Assembly: GCF_018350175.1 (NCBI RefSeq)
Contig: NC_058368.1
Span: 27,406,001-27,470,000 of the forward strand
Direction: 5' to 3'
Source of the DNA: Felis catus
Lineage: Eukaryota
Length of the DNA stretch: 64,000 bases
Positions 37,720 to 50,100 of this stretch are shown here, piece by piece. The notes beneath the pieces were generated by a model. It had not been told where the DNA came from, did no database searches, and saw only the letters and a program-made list of their open reading frames with translations. How positions within the stretch are numbered: position 1 is the first letter of the stretch; each line of letters starts with the position of its first letter. The position numbers were made by a program, and so were the translations under genes.

Positions 37720-38290
37720 AAATAGTAGAAAACCAGGTGGGTAATGCTAAGCGTTAGTGTGGCCGTGGGGCACGGGGACTCTCGTACCCCACTGGTGGGT
37801 GGGTGGACTGGTACAGACATTCGGCACAGCAGCTTGGGCAAATTGGCATCTTGGGTACACCCTAGGAAGCGGCATTTCCCCTGCGGAATGCCTAGGGAGT
37901 TCTGCCGCAGGTCCGTAAGCTACCATGCACTCGCATGTTCCACTGCAACCTTGTATAGAGTGAGGAGAGCTAGAGATAATCTGAGTGGCTTTCCTGGGAG
38001 AGTGGATTAGGTATAACCGGGTGGATGTACCTCAGAGATTGTTGTACAGCCATCAGGAGCAACAGATGAGATGCACACATATTAACAGGAATGGATCTTT
38101 AAAAAATAATCCCTAGTAAAAACGTAAATAACAAGAGATACGACAACATCCCATAAAAATGCATGCTCAAAAAACAACAATATGTATTTTAGAAAAACAC
38201 ATTCAAACAAAGATGGAAAGCATTGAAAGTGGTTGCCTACATATAAAGAGGAAGTGGGGATGAGAGAGAAAACATTTTATTTTTAAAAGT
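37720..38290 (+). mobile_element. Very old L1 (L1ME-like) 3' region
   Basis: Degenerate ORF2-end and 3' UTR motifs (actggtgggtgggtggactggtacagac..., agtggttgcct). Confidence 0.55.
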
Positions 38291-38299
38291 GTGATTCCA

Positions 38300-38480
38300 C
38301 AGAGGGGAAAAGTACAGCCTAGGGAATAGAGTCAGTAATAGCGTAATAATTTTGTGTGGTGACAGATGGTGACCACACTTATTGAGGTCAGCTCTGAGCA
38401 ATGCACACATTTGTCAGATCACTATGTTGTATACCTAAAACTAATATACCATTGTAGGTCGGCTATACTTATATAATTAA
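38300..38480 (+). mobile_element. L1 3' terminus (L1MA9/carnivore-like)
   Basis: aagtacagcctagggaatagagtcagtaata...tggtgacagatggtgaccacac...atcactatgttgtatacctaaaactaatata. Confidence 0.8.
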
Positions 38481-38483
38481 CAT

Positions 38484-38588
38484 TTTTTATTTTTATTTAT
38501 TTTTATTATTATTATTTCTTTGAGAAAGAGCGCATGTGAGCAAGGGCAGGGTAGATGAAGAGAGAGAGAGAATCGTAAGTAGGCTCCA
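38484..38588 (-). mobile_element. 5'-truncated Can-SINE
   Basis: T-rich tail and (GA) tract ending at agtaggctcca. Confidence 0.75.
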
Positions 38589-40300
38589 TAATGAAACCTT
38601 TTTGTAACCTGAAGTCTTCGTGGGGAGAAGAGTGTATTGGCAGCTTCTTCTGTGTCGTCCGAAGACCTTTGTGCAACTTCGTTTTCAACGGCTGCATAGT
38701 TTTCCTTGAACAGATGCACCATCACTAACACAGCCAACGCCCTTCCGCTGGACATGAGTTGTTTCTGAGCGTTGCTAACCCAAGTGTGGCAGGGAACAAA
38801 CCTAAGCTACCTACTCTTGAAGACGATTTCCTGTCCTTCCTTTGGCTCATTTTTAAAGGAGGTTTAAGGATCGGACCTGAAACTTGTCTAATATGTAAAA
38901 ATTCACCGGGCGTCATCGAAAGTCAGAACACCAGCTCCCCCGAGAGCTGTTCTGGGGCCAGTCATGAATGACAATGAAGGAACAGAGTCACCCCCCAATG
39001 TTTGGAAGCAGTCATTTTAGGTACTTGTCATGGTACCAGAGGACAATACGGGCTCCCCGGTTTCTGTGTTTCAATCAACTGATGCACAATTAAATCACAC
39101 AAGGTGTTAAGGGAGCAGGTGTGGGACATGTCTACTACCTCACGTGTCGTTATGATACAGGCTGGTGGTGAAATAGGGTTTTTAGAGTATTGCAAGGATA
39201 TCGCCGCTTACGCTAGGGGGCACGAAAGTCGGTTCCTGAATTTACATCCAGTGCCAAAGGAGGGAACAGGGCAAGCCAGCCCAAGGGAAAGCAGAGTGTG
39301 TTTTTCTGAGTGCTTCCTACTCCCCAACACACCCCAAAACTAGGTTTTAAAGACTTAATTTAATCCTTCCAGTTGGTGGGTTTAAGCATCAGAAATCCAG
39401 CGCCAGTGTTTATTCAGGCCTTGATAGTTAAGAGCTGGCCAGCAGCCGCACAGCCGGCTTGTCAAGGCCCCAAAGAAGCAGCCTTGATGTTGGAGACAGC
39501 CACCTTCGTGGCAGGAATGCACTAACATTTCAGATCATTAGTGCGGCATTTGTTATGTTCGGTAGCAGAAAAAATGCTCCTCTGTCTTTCCCGACTAGTC
39601 CTTTGTTGTTAAGAAGCTTTGAGCAGACACAGCCATTGCTACGGCCTGTTTGGAAGCTCTTGAATGTATTTTGCAGCCCACGTATATAGTCACATACAGC
39701 CCTGTTCCAAAGAATTAGTGCCGGGCCGTCCCGTGCTTTTGGCAGACAAGGTAAGCCTCAACATGAGTTACAGTTGATAGGGCGAGGAAGGCTCAAGGCA
39801 AGGCTTACAGAAATCCCTTCAGTGGCCCTGCTTAAAAATAGCAGCGTCGGCCATAGCTTAGTGTTTTGACAGCTTATATCAGCAGTTTTCTCGGCTGATA
39901 TATTGATTGCAGTTTGGACTTCAGTCCTGCTGATCTAATAAAACATCACCGTCATAACAGAGAAAGTAAAAGGATCTTTTGTGGTCCCAGCCACTGGGTG
40001 AGGTGGCTTCACGGAGCCACTGTAAGGCCGGTTTTCCTGTCCTATGGAAAATGAAGAAACAGTGGATAAGTTGATGGATTAGATCCAGGTTTATTTTTTT
40101 TTTGATTATTTCATTTCTTCGTCTATCAAAACATGTTGTCTGCTAACACTGTTCTCTACATGTTGACAAGTGCGCGTTTGTTCGAAGGATTATGATGATG
40201 CCTTGGCAAATACCTCGAACAGATTCGTTTCGTTGCATAGCAGTATCACGAATGGCCTAATAATGTGTCAAAACCTGCAATACTCATTACACTAAGTGGT

Positions 40301-40467
40301 GGGGGCGTGCCGCCTGGGTGGCTCAGTCAGTTAAGCTCTAACTCTTGGTTTGGGCTCAGGTCACGATCTCACGGTTTGTGAGTTCAAGCCCCAAGTCCGG
40401 CTCCGTTCTGACAGTGCAGAGCCTGCTTGGAATTCTCTCTCTCTCCCTCTCTCTCTGCCCCTCCCAT

Positions 40468-40506
<39 letters not shown>

Positions 40507-40535
40507 ATAAATAAATAAACTTTAAAAAAGAAAAA
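40301..40535 (+). mobile_element. Can-SINE, older subfamily, ~130 bp upstream of ENOX1 exon
   Basis: Head, (CT)n, aataaataaa and A-tail. Confidence 0.92.
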
Positions 40536-40666
40536 GTTAGCTGAAGTCTGGATTAAGCCTTTAAGACATAAAAGAAAAATCTTCTCAGGTTTTGAATGGA
40601 TATTTTTAATATCTTGCCATCTCCTGGCCATCACTCTATTTACCTTAACTATTCTTACTTTCACAG

Positions 40667-40774
40667 CAACTGCTGACCATCCAGGAGGAGTTAAACAACA
40701 AGAAGTCGGAATTGGAACAAGCAAAGGAAGAGCAGTCGCACACGCAAGCATTACTTAAAGTCCTCCAGGAACAA
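40667..40774 (+). CDS. ENOX1: ENOX1 internal coding exon, 108 nt (phase 0/0)
   Basis: Branch-like ccttaac, acceptor ttcttactttcacag|CAA and donor CAA|gtaagt. Encodes QLLTIQEELNNKKSELEQAKEEQSHTQALLKVLQEQ, directly continuing the previous exon. Absent from the ORF track. Confidence 0.95.
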
Positions 40775-42109
40775 GTAAGTGAACGCAACATCTCTGCTTC
40801 GTGCATACGCTGACGTGCACGTCGCTCGTATCAGACACCTGTGCAGACTTTCCCGAAGTCAGTCTGTGGGACAGTCGGCCTGCACCCTCTCAAACCCCCT
40901 GGGAGCTTCACTCTGTAGAATCTAAAACCCGTTTTCGCTCTTGCACCTGCGGAGACCACCTGAGCCTGCCAGCGGTGTGTCAAAGTTCATTCCAAAAGAC
41001 AAATGAATTTTGATAAAGTTTTAAACCACCGGAGGTACAGACAGATCCCCAAGCAAGCGGGTAGCTTCCTCTTAAGGATAAGAGTGAGGGAAATGTGTTT
41101 AGCATAACCCATGGCTTTCACGCAGACATCTGAATTGAGAACGACTGAGTCACGGGGACATTAAAAAAAAGAGCCTTCCCCGTTTGTGCATCAGGGCACT
41201 TATCTAACCACAGTGAGCAACCAACCTTTTATATGAAGTTTGTAAATCTGATCGTTTCATCCTGGCTTTCTTTGATACTGAAGTGTGGCCTGACATTGAT
41301 AAGTGGATTTGAAAGTATTGTCTTACAGCAGGGTAAGATGGATTGCTCAGCTGCAGAGTGAAATCTGAGTGAAATCTAAGCCCAGCACCTACACGGGAGA
41401 GCTCTTGAAATGCTTGCCTCTTTCTGGACTTCCTTGCTGCCAGCAATGTAATGAATGGTAACTGGGAGGGAGAAAATCACAGAGCGTAACCCCAACCCTT
41501 TGGGGGGATCAAATTTAGCTTGTTTTACATTTCACACCCACAGTGGCTGATGAGAAGGTTATTTGTATAATATAAATAACTTCAGAAATGGTGTATCTAA
41601 AAAAGTGACGTCGGGAGAATAGTCAGCTGTGACTCAGTCACTTTACAAGTGATTTTTCGTTTTTCATGGTTTGGGGGCAGGAAAATGTAGTTTTGGTTAG
41701 TTTCCCCTAACAGTATAAGGGATTTGTGAGTAGGAAGTGAAGACGTTGGATACTTCATAAGCTTTTATAGCTTTGAAGGAGAATATAAAACCTAATGATT
41801 ATGTGATTAGTACAGATAAAATAATGCAGACTGAGGCTGAATCTACTGTGTGATTTTGGAGAAATTAGACTGAGCTGAAAACTGACAAAATTCGCAGCGA
41901 CCTGCCATCCAGGAGACTCCGAGTCACCCGGGCTTTCCTCCTCTACATTACAAAGAGACTATCAGCATCGTGAGGCTGTTTTGGTCCATATTTGCTCCTG
42001 ATCAGACATAGCTCTGAGCCTTGTCGTTTTGTTCTGACCCCCTCTCTCCTCGATTTGCTGGGATGGGGAGGGATGGATTTGTCCTTTCTCCACATGACTC
42101 AGATCCTTC

Positions 42110-42277
42110 ACGTACATGATCTCTTTCGACATAATGCTATTGCCCACTTAATTGACGATAGTGAAAACGTAACTTTTTATTCACTGGAAAGCCAAAAAAA
42201 AAAAAAAAAAGTCAGTTGACTCACTTTATTGCAATTTTCTGGAGCCAAACCCACAACACCTCTAAGGTATGCGTGTT
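42110..42277 (+). mobile_element. Tigger1-like DNA transposon 3' end
   Basis: gacataatgctattgcccacttaat...gactcactttattgcaa...aacccacaacacctctaaggtatgcgtgt resembles the recalled Tigger1 terminus. Confidence 0.75.
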
Positions 42278-42911
42278 TTGGACTTGAAGTCTAAACCCCA
42301 GTCATAAAAAAAAAGATTCTGAGTTTCGCAGAGAGCACTGGTACGTTCTTGTTGCGGCATGCACTTTTAGAGGGCAAAAAGTGCACGCACAGGCAGTGGT
42401 GAAGCCTCACACTTCCATCTTATTACTTAAACAGGGAACATGAAGATTCAGCACAACTAAAATCATTAAAGAGCTAGAAAATCGGACCGGGAAGGAATCG
42501 TGTTTCAGTCTGCTGTACTAATTTAAACGGGACGGCTCTTTTCAAACAAAGGCATCAGAAGGACACGTGTCTGAGCAGGCCGGGGACACACTGCAGCCAC
42601 GTGCATTTGGCTGCCGTAGCCACCGGCAGTCTATTTTGTGACATCCTCTAGCCCGGAGCCCCTGTCATCCTTGCGGTTGGGAGCGCGCATTGGCCGTGTT
42701 CCTTCCATCTCCTCGCAGCCACCCCCACGCCGCAGACAGACATACACTTGCAAAGGCACCTGTGTACTTCCAAGAACAGTGCCCGATAAGGCTTCCTTTG
42801 GACTTATGTAGAGTAACTACGTGTGTAAACACTTCTTCAGTGCCTGCATACATAAGGCCTACACAAATAGCATCGCTCCTGGACAGTATGGCTGCGCGGG
42901 CTTAGATGCTG

Positions 42912-42912
<1 letters not shown>

Positions 42913-42953
<41 letters not shown>
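42913..42953. repeat. (CA)n microsatellite
   Basis: Directly visible. Confidence 0.95.
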
Positions 42954-42956
<3 letters not shown>

Positions 42957-44018
42957 AGGAAAAGATACACCTTTTTCTGAAGACCTGGTATTCTGCTATT
43001 TAAAGTGATGCCACGTGATGGGAATCCTAAAAAGCAAGACTAGGTTGTGAGGGAAGGCCCTTACCATCCCCATTCAGGGAAGGCAGGGTTATTCCCTAGG
43101 CTCCCCAGAAGGACCCCGACCCTCCTTGTTTGCTAGGATGTGGCTCCTCCGGGCCCCTCCTGGGCCCCTTGGCTCCCGCCCCTCGCCTCCTGTGCCACGG
43201 TGGCAGCGTCTGGTGCTTGTTCACAAGCCCAGGTACCCTCAGACGAGACGCTCCTCTGCTCCACCTGGAGGAAACGAGTAGCTCCAGGAGAGGAGGACAG
43301 GGAGAGGCCGGTGAGGGCACGGCAGTGGCTAGCCCCCCGCTGCAGGAGGGAGCGCTGGCCTGTGGCGGTTCTGGCAGATGAGAGCAGGGGAGGGAACAGA
43401 ACCGGTGGACAGGGAGCACCGGGGGGGGGGGGGGGGGGGGGGGCGGGAGCCAGCCGGGGGTGTGGCAAGACAAGAGGGCGTGGAGTGGCACCACGGAGTC
43501 CACGTAAAAGGGAGGAGAGCCGTGGGCACGTCTGTGCTGGTAAACACGGAAAGGTGGAGCGGGTCTTTGCCTTCTGCTGCAAAATAACAAAGCTTTCAGA
43601 GCTAGGCCCGCTCCACCCGACGGAAGCACGAACCGCGGGACCTTCGGTGAGCCAAGAGAAAGACGATAAGGAACACCTGCAACGAGAAAACCTTCGGACG
43701 GGAAAACACGGAGGGTCTTGTTCAGTCCCCCCGTGCCCTCTGGTAACGGATGGCCTGGCTATCGCGCTGGCACCCTTTTCTTCTCACGTCCGTAACACGT
43801 CGCGATTGCTGTGTGCGGAAACACCCGTGACGTAGCCCCGAAGACCAGCGGGCGGAATTGTTGTCCCAAGTGGGAGCCACGTGGAAACGAGCCCAAGAGC
43901 CTCTGGTCCATCGTCGGCTGCCCCAGGCTCAGTTTCTACATGTTCCCCTTCCTTTCACAAAGCCCCTCTCTTGACACGGACAGCGTGTGGCTTTCTTGCC
44001 GACGGTTTGACATTGCCT

Positions 44019-44020
<2 letters not shown>

Positions 44021-44057
<37 letters not shown>
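44021..44057. repeat. (CA)n microsatellite
   Basis: Directly visible. Confidence 0.95.
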
Positions 44058-44058
<1 letters not shown>

Positions 44059-45045
44059 GCTTTCATTTTAATATGTACAAATAGCCAGAAAGAACCAGCG
44101 TGTCAGATCGGACACATCACGGGTGCACGTGCATTTATTTTCTTTCAGACTTTCAGCATTTATTTCCCACCATTTTATTTTAGGCTTAAAAAAAATGATG
44201 ATCCAGCAGGGGCTGCTTCCTAAGCATTAAAAAGCCAGGAAGCAGTGCTGGTAACGGCCGTAAGACCCGCCCCCCCTTGCCCTTGCTCTCGGCTCCCAAT
44301 GTCTGCTTTGATAAAACGCCAATTAAAGGTTTCCAGAAATCTCCAGATAACTGATTATTGCTAAGCCTTCAGAGAGAGTAGAGGGAGTAGTGTTTTCAGG
44401 TGTTCACTGTTAAAAATCTCATTTGAGCAATAGCTTTTCTTCTAATGCCTCAGTGACCAAGGAGATGTCTTCCCGATTCTTCCTTTGCAAAAAAAAAAAA
44501 AAAAAAGAAGAGGAAGAAAATCATCTTTTTGTTTAGGCCTCCAGAAACAATGCCAGTCATTCAAATATGTTCTCAAGGAGGACATGTCCAATAGCACTGT
44601 GGCATGTTAAAACAACGGAAAATACATCATTCACGAGTAATCATTAGTCTAACATCAGCTGGTGGCAACTTGCAAACACTGCAGGGTTTAAATTAATAGC
44701 AATACAACTAGGAAATGAAATCATTTGTTATTCTTAAGAACCAATTTTATACATTTTATGCCTATGGAACTGCTTTCTGATCTTATTATTTAAAAAATAA
44801 TGACCAAGACCCATTTATTTTTTGCCAGCCATCAAGTTTTCTAAAATATTGGTCTCAAGCTTGTTTCAGTAAGACTCATTAGAATTATATGCTCCATCTG
44901 GTTTTTTTGGTTCTCTTTCCTTGGAAGTTTTATAAAGTGCAACCCCGGATAAATCAGAGTTAACAGGATGATGTATATTTAACAGACATGCTTGCTTACT
45001 CATGTGGGGTTTTTGTTTTGTTTTGTTTCTCCTTGAAATTTGCAG

Positions 45046-45102
45046 TTAAAAGGTACCAAGGAATTGGTCGAGACCAACGGCCACAGCCATGAGGACACAA
45101 AT
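45046..45102 (+). CDS. ENOX1: ENOX1 internal coding exon, 57 nt (phase 0/0)
   Basis: T-rich tract and acceptor atttgcag|TTA, donor AAT|gtaggt. Encodes LKGTKELVETNGHSHEDTN, continuing the recalled ENOX1 sequence. Confidence 0.92.
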
Positions 45103-46214
45103 GTAGGTACCACTGACCCAGTATTTGCTCTTGTTGCTTGATGTTGGTTGAATGCCCACAGGTATGTGGCACTTTATTTACGACACAAAGGAGATCAGAA
45201 GTCCTGCCCCTCGGTGGTTTATTAAGATTACTCTGAATGGTTTGGCAGTAAAGTGTGGTAGACAGGCACCGCTCTTGTTAGCTTAAGTTATCAAATGTCA
45301 GTTTTAGAGGTACTTGAGCTAATCTCTACCATAAAAATTCTCGTCTCCGTGAATTTCTTTGAGTCCTTTGTATTTTCAAAGCTATACGCTAATGACGTGT
45401 TGGGAGGGCAAATGGAATGAGACCAAACAGGGGGTATTAAGTTGTGTATTGCATGCGTATTTATTGAGTTTGCTGGTCACTGAAGATGGTAATGAAATGA
45501 TTGCTATGCCGGAGAGGTTTCAGAGCAGACCCCGTCTCTCAGAAAAGCCCTTGAAAGCGACGCCTGTCTTGTTTCTGACCCAGAACAGGAGCATGGTGCA
45601 TCCATCTTCTTGATACAAGAGTAATGGTGCAAGATCCCAGTTAGCACAGACTTTTTCTCTTAGGGTTCCTTGTGTATCCAGTTGCCCAAGATCAGTCCGG
45701 TGTTCTCTCTGCCTTGGAAGTTCTGTAGTCTCAGGTGGAATATTATGCCATGTAGATCATTGTCTCTCCCTATGTATGATGGTTGTGCTTTTGCCTTTTT
45801 AAAAATCTCTCTGATATCTGTACGTATTTGATTATCGTCATCACAGAAAATGCTTACTAAGCAGTTCTTTTCACATAACGCAGAATCAGACATGGTAATG
45901 AATGCTTGATTAAGCTAGAGCTGGGAGAAATTATACACTTCATGTTCACTCTTGTTTTAATTATATACCGTGGAACGCCTGACATCCAAAGTACCAAAAA
46001 AATCCCTCTTTAATAACTACTGTTCCTGCAAAACGGATATTTAACGTATGACGTTTATGGAGAGTCGACTGCGTACGTAGAGCTCTACTGCGTGCTGGGG
46101 GGGGGGTGGTTACAGAGAAAATAGAAGGCTTGCTGTCTACCCTCCGAGAACTTGTAACTGAGTTGGGGATGAGGGAGCACACGGGCGACAGACAGGATGT
46201 GAAAAGTGTGTCAC

Positions 46215-46400
46215 AAGGGGAGGCAGCTGTGATGCGGTGTAGTTTGAAATCTGGACTTTGCTGCCTATTAACTGTGGCAACTGGGGGCAGGTCAGCACTT
46301 CTGAGTTTCATTTTCCTATTTGTAAAATGGATGGCGATGCCTACCTCAAACATGTGTCATGAAGTCATAACGGGCTGAGGCATGTGAGACGTCACTACGA
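46215..46400 (+). mobile_element. MIR remnant
   Basis: gggcaggtcagcacttctgagtttcattttcctatttgtaaaatgg. Confidence 0.7.
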
Positions 46401-47750
46401 TGGTCTCGCGGTGGTGGACAACCAAGAACAGCTTCCCAGATCGGTGGGATTTGGGTTAGCTTTGGAGAACGGAGAGGTTTGAGAAAGCAGAGGAGGGAGC
46501 CATGCATACAGAGCTCTCCACAGGCAACATTGCCACCTAAATATTTCTCTTCCCACGCCAGTATTTCATAAACACCCGCCTTACCATGGAGCCTTTTTTC
46601 CAGGGTCCTGCCCTCCTGGGACACATTGCTGCCGCATTCTCGACCAGAACCTTCACATGCTTCTCCCTCAGAGTCAGTCCCTCTGTGTCTCCTGAGGAAA
46701 GCCGCCGTCAAATCCAACAAGGCAAAGTGGCAGGATGCCTCGATTTCCTGGTCTACAAAATGGGGATGATATTACCTGTCTTTCCTTCTTGTGAGGCTTA
46801 TGGTGAGAAGCAAATGAGATAATGGATGTGGAGGAGGCACTTTGTAATTGTGAGGTTCTGAGCAGGAGGCTGTTATGATTATAAGCTCATCTGTTGGCCG
46901 AATTAAATTGACGATGCGTGTGAAGGCAGGCCTCACACAATATCTAGTCCCTCTCGTTTTGAGAAATGTCAAAAGGCATTCATTATTCAATGAGAAAAGT
47001 GGAAGGTCATCTTTGAAGTCTTTTATCCTTCCTAGAAGAAAGTTTTTAGCTTTGAAAGAGACCTCTCTAGAATCCAGGGTGTGGGCTGAAAAAGCCCACA
47101 ATAGAAAAGTCGACAGAAGCAGTGGCTGTTGAGAGACAGGGTTGAGGCCAAGTAGGAGGGAGGGGCAGCACTGTGACCAAGGGTGGGTGAGAGGTTTGTG
47201 GAATGATGGAGCCCAGCAGCACTTGCCGGTGCCCCCCTCCATGCCCCCCTCTCTCACTGGGCCAAAGGTTGGGCTAGTTTCTATAACCACTGCCTATTCT
47301 TCTAGGGCTTTCCCAACAGGTGGATGATCCGCGGGTCTTGCTCTTTTCTGTCTGTCATGTTGTCTCCTTTGGGCAGTTCCCTACTACCTTCGCTGGGTTA
47401 TGTGAATGAAAAAAAAAAGTTATTTTGGCCACACATTAGAAGCGCTTGCACAGTATCGGGTGAAGGTCGTTTTAAATGTCGGAAATGAAGTCTCTGTCTC
47501 CTCTAAAGTTTCCATCGGCCTTGTGGTGGTAGAAGGCATCAGGCTTTCAAACTAGATTGAGAAGGTTTGGGTTCATTTTGATCCCTGAATAGCCGTGTGA
47601 CCAGGGCAAGTGATTTGACTTTCACCTTCCTCATCCGTAAGAGTGCTCAGGGTACATAAACACTTGGCTTAGCGTATCAATTCCCTCTCTTCACCTAGCC
47701 ACATAAATAGTAGTTGGTATAGAAGGCAGAATTTTGACAGGATGCATTTT

Positions 47751-48141
47751 TTATGGTTGTTTTTGTTGTTTATTATTTTTTTTTAAATTTACATCCAAAT
47801 TAGTTAGCATACAGTGCAACAATGATTTCAGGAATAGATTCTTTAATGCCCCTTACCCATTTAGCCCAGCCCCCCTCCCACAGCCCCTCCAGTAACCCTC
47901 TGTTTGTTCTCCAGATTTAAGAGTCTCTTCAGTTTTGTCCCCCTCCCTGTTTTTATATTATTTTTGTTTCCCTTCCCTTATGTTCCTCTGTTTTGTCTCT
48001 TAAAGTCCTCATGTGAGTGAAGTTATATGATATTTGTCTTTTTCTGACTGACTAATTTCACTTAGCGTAATACCCTCCAGTTCCATCCACATAGTTGCAA
48101 ATGGCAAAATTTCATTCTTTTTGATTGCCAAGTAATACTCC

Positions 48142-48189
<48 letters not shown>

Positions 48190-48199
48190 CACCACATCT

Positions 48200-48230
<31 letters not shown>

Positions 48231-49440
48231 CAACGTTTATTTATTTTTGGGACAGAGAGAGACAGAGCATGAACGGGGGAGGGGCAGAGAGAGAGGGAGA
48301 CACAGAATCGGAAACAGGCTCCAGGCTCTGAGCCATCAGCCCAGAGCCCGACGCGGGGCTCGAACTCACGGACCGCGAGATCGTGACCTGGCTGAAGTCG
48401 GACGCTTAACCGACTGCGCCACCCAGGCGCCCCTACACCACATCTTCTTTATCCATTCATCCATCAATGGACATTTGGGCTCTTTCCATACTTTGGCTAT
48501 TGTTGATAGTGCTGCTATCAACATTGGGGTGCATGTGTTCCTCCGAAACAGCACACCTGTATCCCTTGGATAAATGCCTAGTAGTGCAGTTCCTGGGTCA
48601 TAGGGTAGTTCTATTTTTAGTTTTTTGAGGAACCTCCATAATGTTTTCCAGAGTGGCTGCACCAGTTTGCATTCCCGCCAGCAGTGCAAAAGAGATCCTC
48701 TTTCTCCGCATCCTCGCCAACATCTGTTGTTGCCTGAGTTGTTAATGTGAGCCATTCTGACAGGTGTGAGGTGGTATCTCATTGTGGTTTTGTGTTTCCC
48801 TGATGATGAGTGATGTTGAGCATTTTTTCATGTGTCAGTTGGCCATCTGGATGTCTTCTTTGGAGAAGTGTATATTCATGTCTTTTGCCCATTTCTTCAC
48901 TGGATTATTTGTTTTTTTGGGTGTTGAGTTTGATAAGTTCTTTATAGATTTTGGACACTAACCCTTTATCTGATATGTTGTTTGCAAATATCTTCTCCCA
49001 TTCTGTCAGTTGCCTTTTAGTTTTTCTGACTGCTTCCTTCACTGTGCAGAAGCTTTGTATTTTGATGAGGTCCCAGTAAGTTCATTTTTGCTTTTGTTTT
49101 CCTTGCCTCCGGAGACGTGTTGAGTAATAAGTTGCTGTGGCCAAGATCAAAGAGGTTTTTGCCTGCTTTCCCCTCTATGATTTTGATGACTTCCTGTCTT
49201 ACACTTAGGTCCTTCATCCATTTTGAGTTTATTTTTGTGTATGGTGTAAGAAAGTGGTCCAAGTTCATTCTTCTGCGTGTCGCTGTCCAGTTTTCCCAGC
49301 ACCACTTGCTGAAGAGACTGTCTTTATTCCATTGGATAGTCTTTCCTGCTTTGTCAAAGATGAGTTGGCCATCTGTTTGTGGGTCCATTTCTGAGTTCTC
49401 TATTCTGTTCCATTGACCTGAGTGTCTGTTCTTGTGCCAA
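47751..49440 (-). mobile_element. 5'-truncated carnivore/felid L1 (ORF2 C-terminus plus 3' UTR)
   Basis: ORF2 peptides [11 protein letters not shown]...[26 protein letters not shown] (cysteine-rich motif) and KDSLFSKWCWENW, with frameshifts. TSD tgaca(g/a)gatg(c/a)atttt (47735-47750 / 49441-49456, 14/16 match). Confidence 0.95.
48205..48433 (-). mobile_element. Young SINEC_Fc nested in L1
   Basis: Perfect 17-bp TSD tacaccacatcttcttt (48188-48204 / 48434-48450), adjacent to (GT)n at 48145-48186. Confidence 0.96.
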
Positions 49441-49639
49441 TGACAAGATGAATTTTAATGCAGATCATGAGGTTTAAAGCCTCTGGCACAGAGGTTATTG
49501 ACTAAGACATATAGATTTTTTTTTCCTCTATAATTAGTCACATGGGCAGGAATTTTACATATTATTTATTAATAATAATTATACAGGACTGGTGCAGGCT
49601 TAGCTGGATATTCTTATGAGAGTTGACAGTTGCTTTTTA

Positions 49640-50100
49640 AAAACAATATATTTTATTATAAAAGAAGTAGTCTGTATGAAACTGGAAAATCATAGAAAAA
49701 AAATACAGAGGTGAAGAAAAATAACTTAACATCTCATTACTCAGAGATAACCACTATTAATATTTTATTTTAGTTTTTTCCAGTCATGTGCATATATATG
49801 ACCAGAGGGAAAAAGCCATAAATAAATATTATCATGGTGTCTTCAGTTTTGTACATTTTTGATTTCTCATTATATCATAAGTATTTTTCTTGTCACCAAA
49901 TGTTCCTCAAAGACATGATTCTTAATGGCTGTGTAATGCAGATAGGAAATAATTGAACCACAGACCTATGTGTTCGGCATTTAACTTCCCATTTTTTTAC
50001 TATTATAAATAATGCTGTAATTAACATGCCCATAAATCTCGTTCTGCCTCTTTCATATTTGTTTCTGGGGGATACTGTATATTAATAGGCATGTCATGGA
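49640..50100 (-). mobile_element. Old L1 (L1MC/ME-like) 3' end
   Basis: ...cagagataaccactattaatatttt...cttaatggctgtgtaat...ttactattataaataatgctgtaattaacat. Confidence 0.65.

Noticed and set aside
43096..43835. Overlapping long ORFs (231, 177 and 149 aa)
   Set aside because: GC-rich, stop-poor DNA with a poly-G run. There is no recognisable domain, and frames are open on both strands.
48366..49388. L1 ORF2 as a functional gene
   Set aside because: 5'-truncated, frameshifted and interrupted by a SINE.
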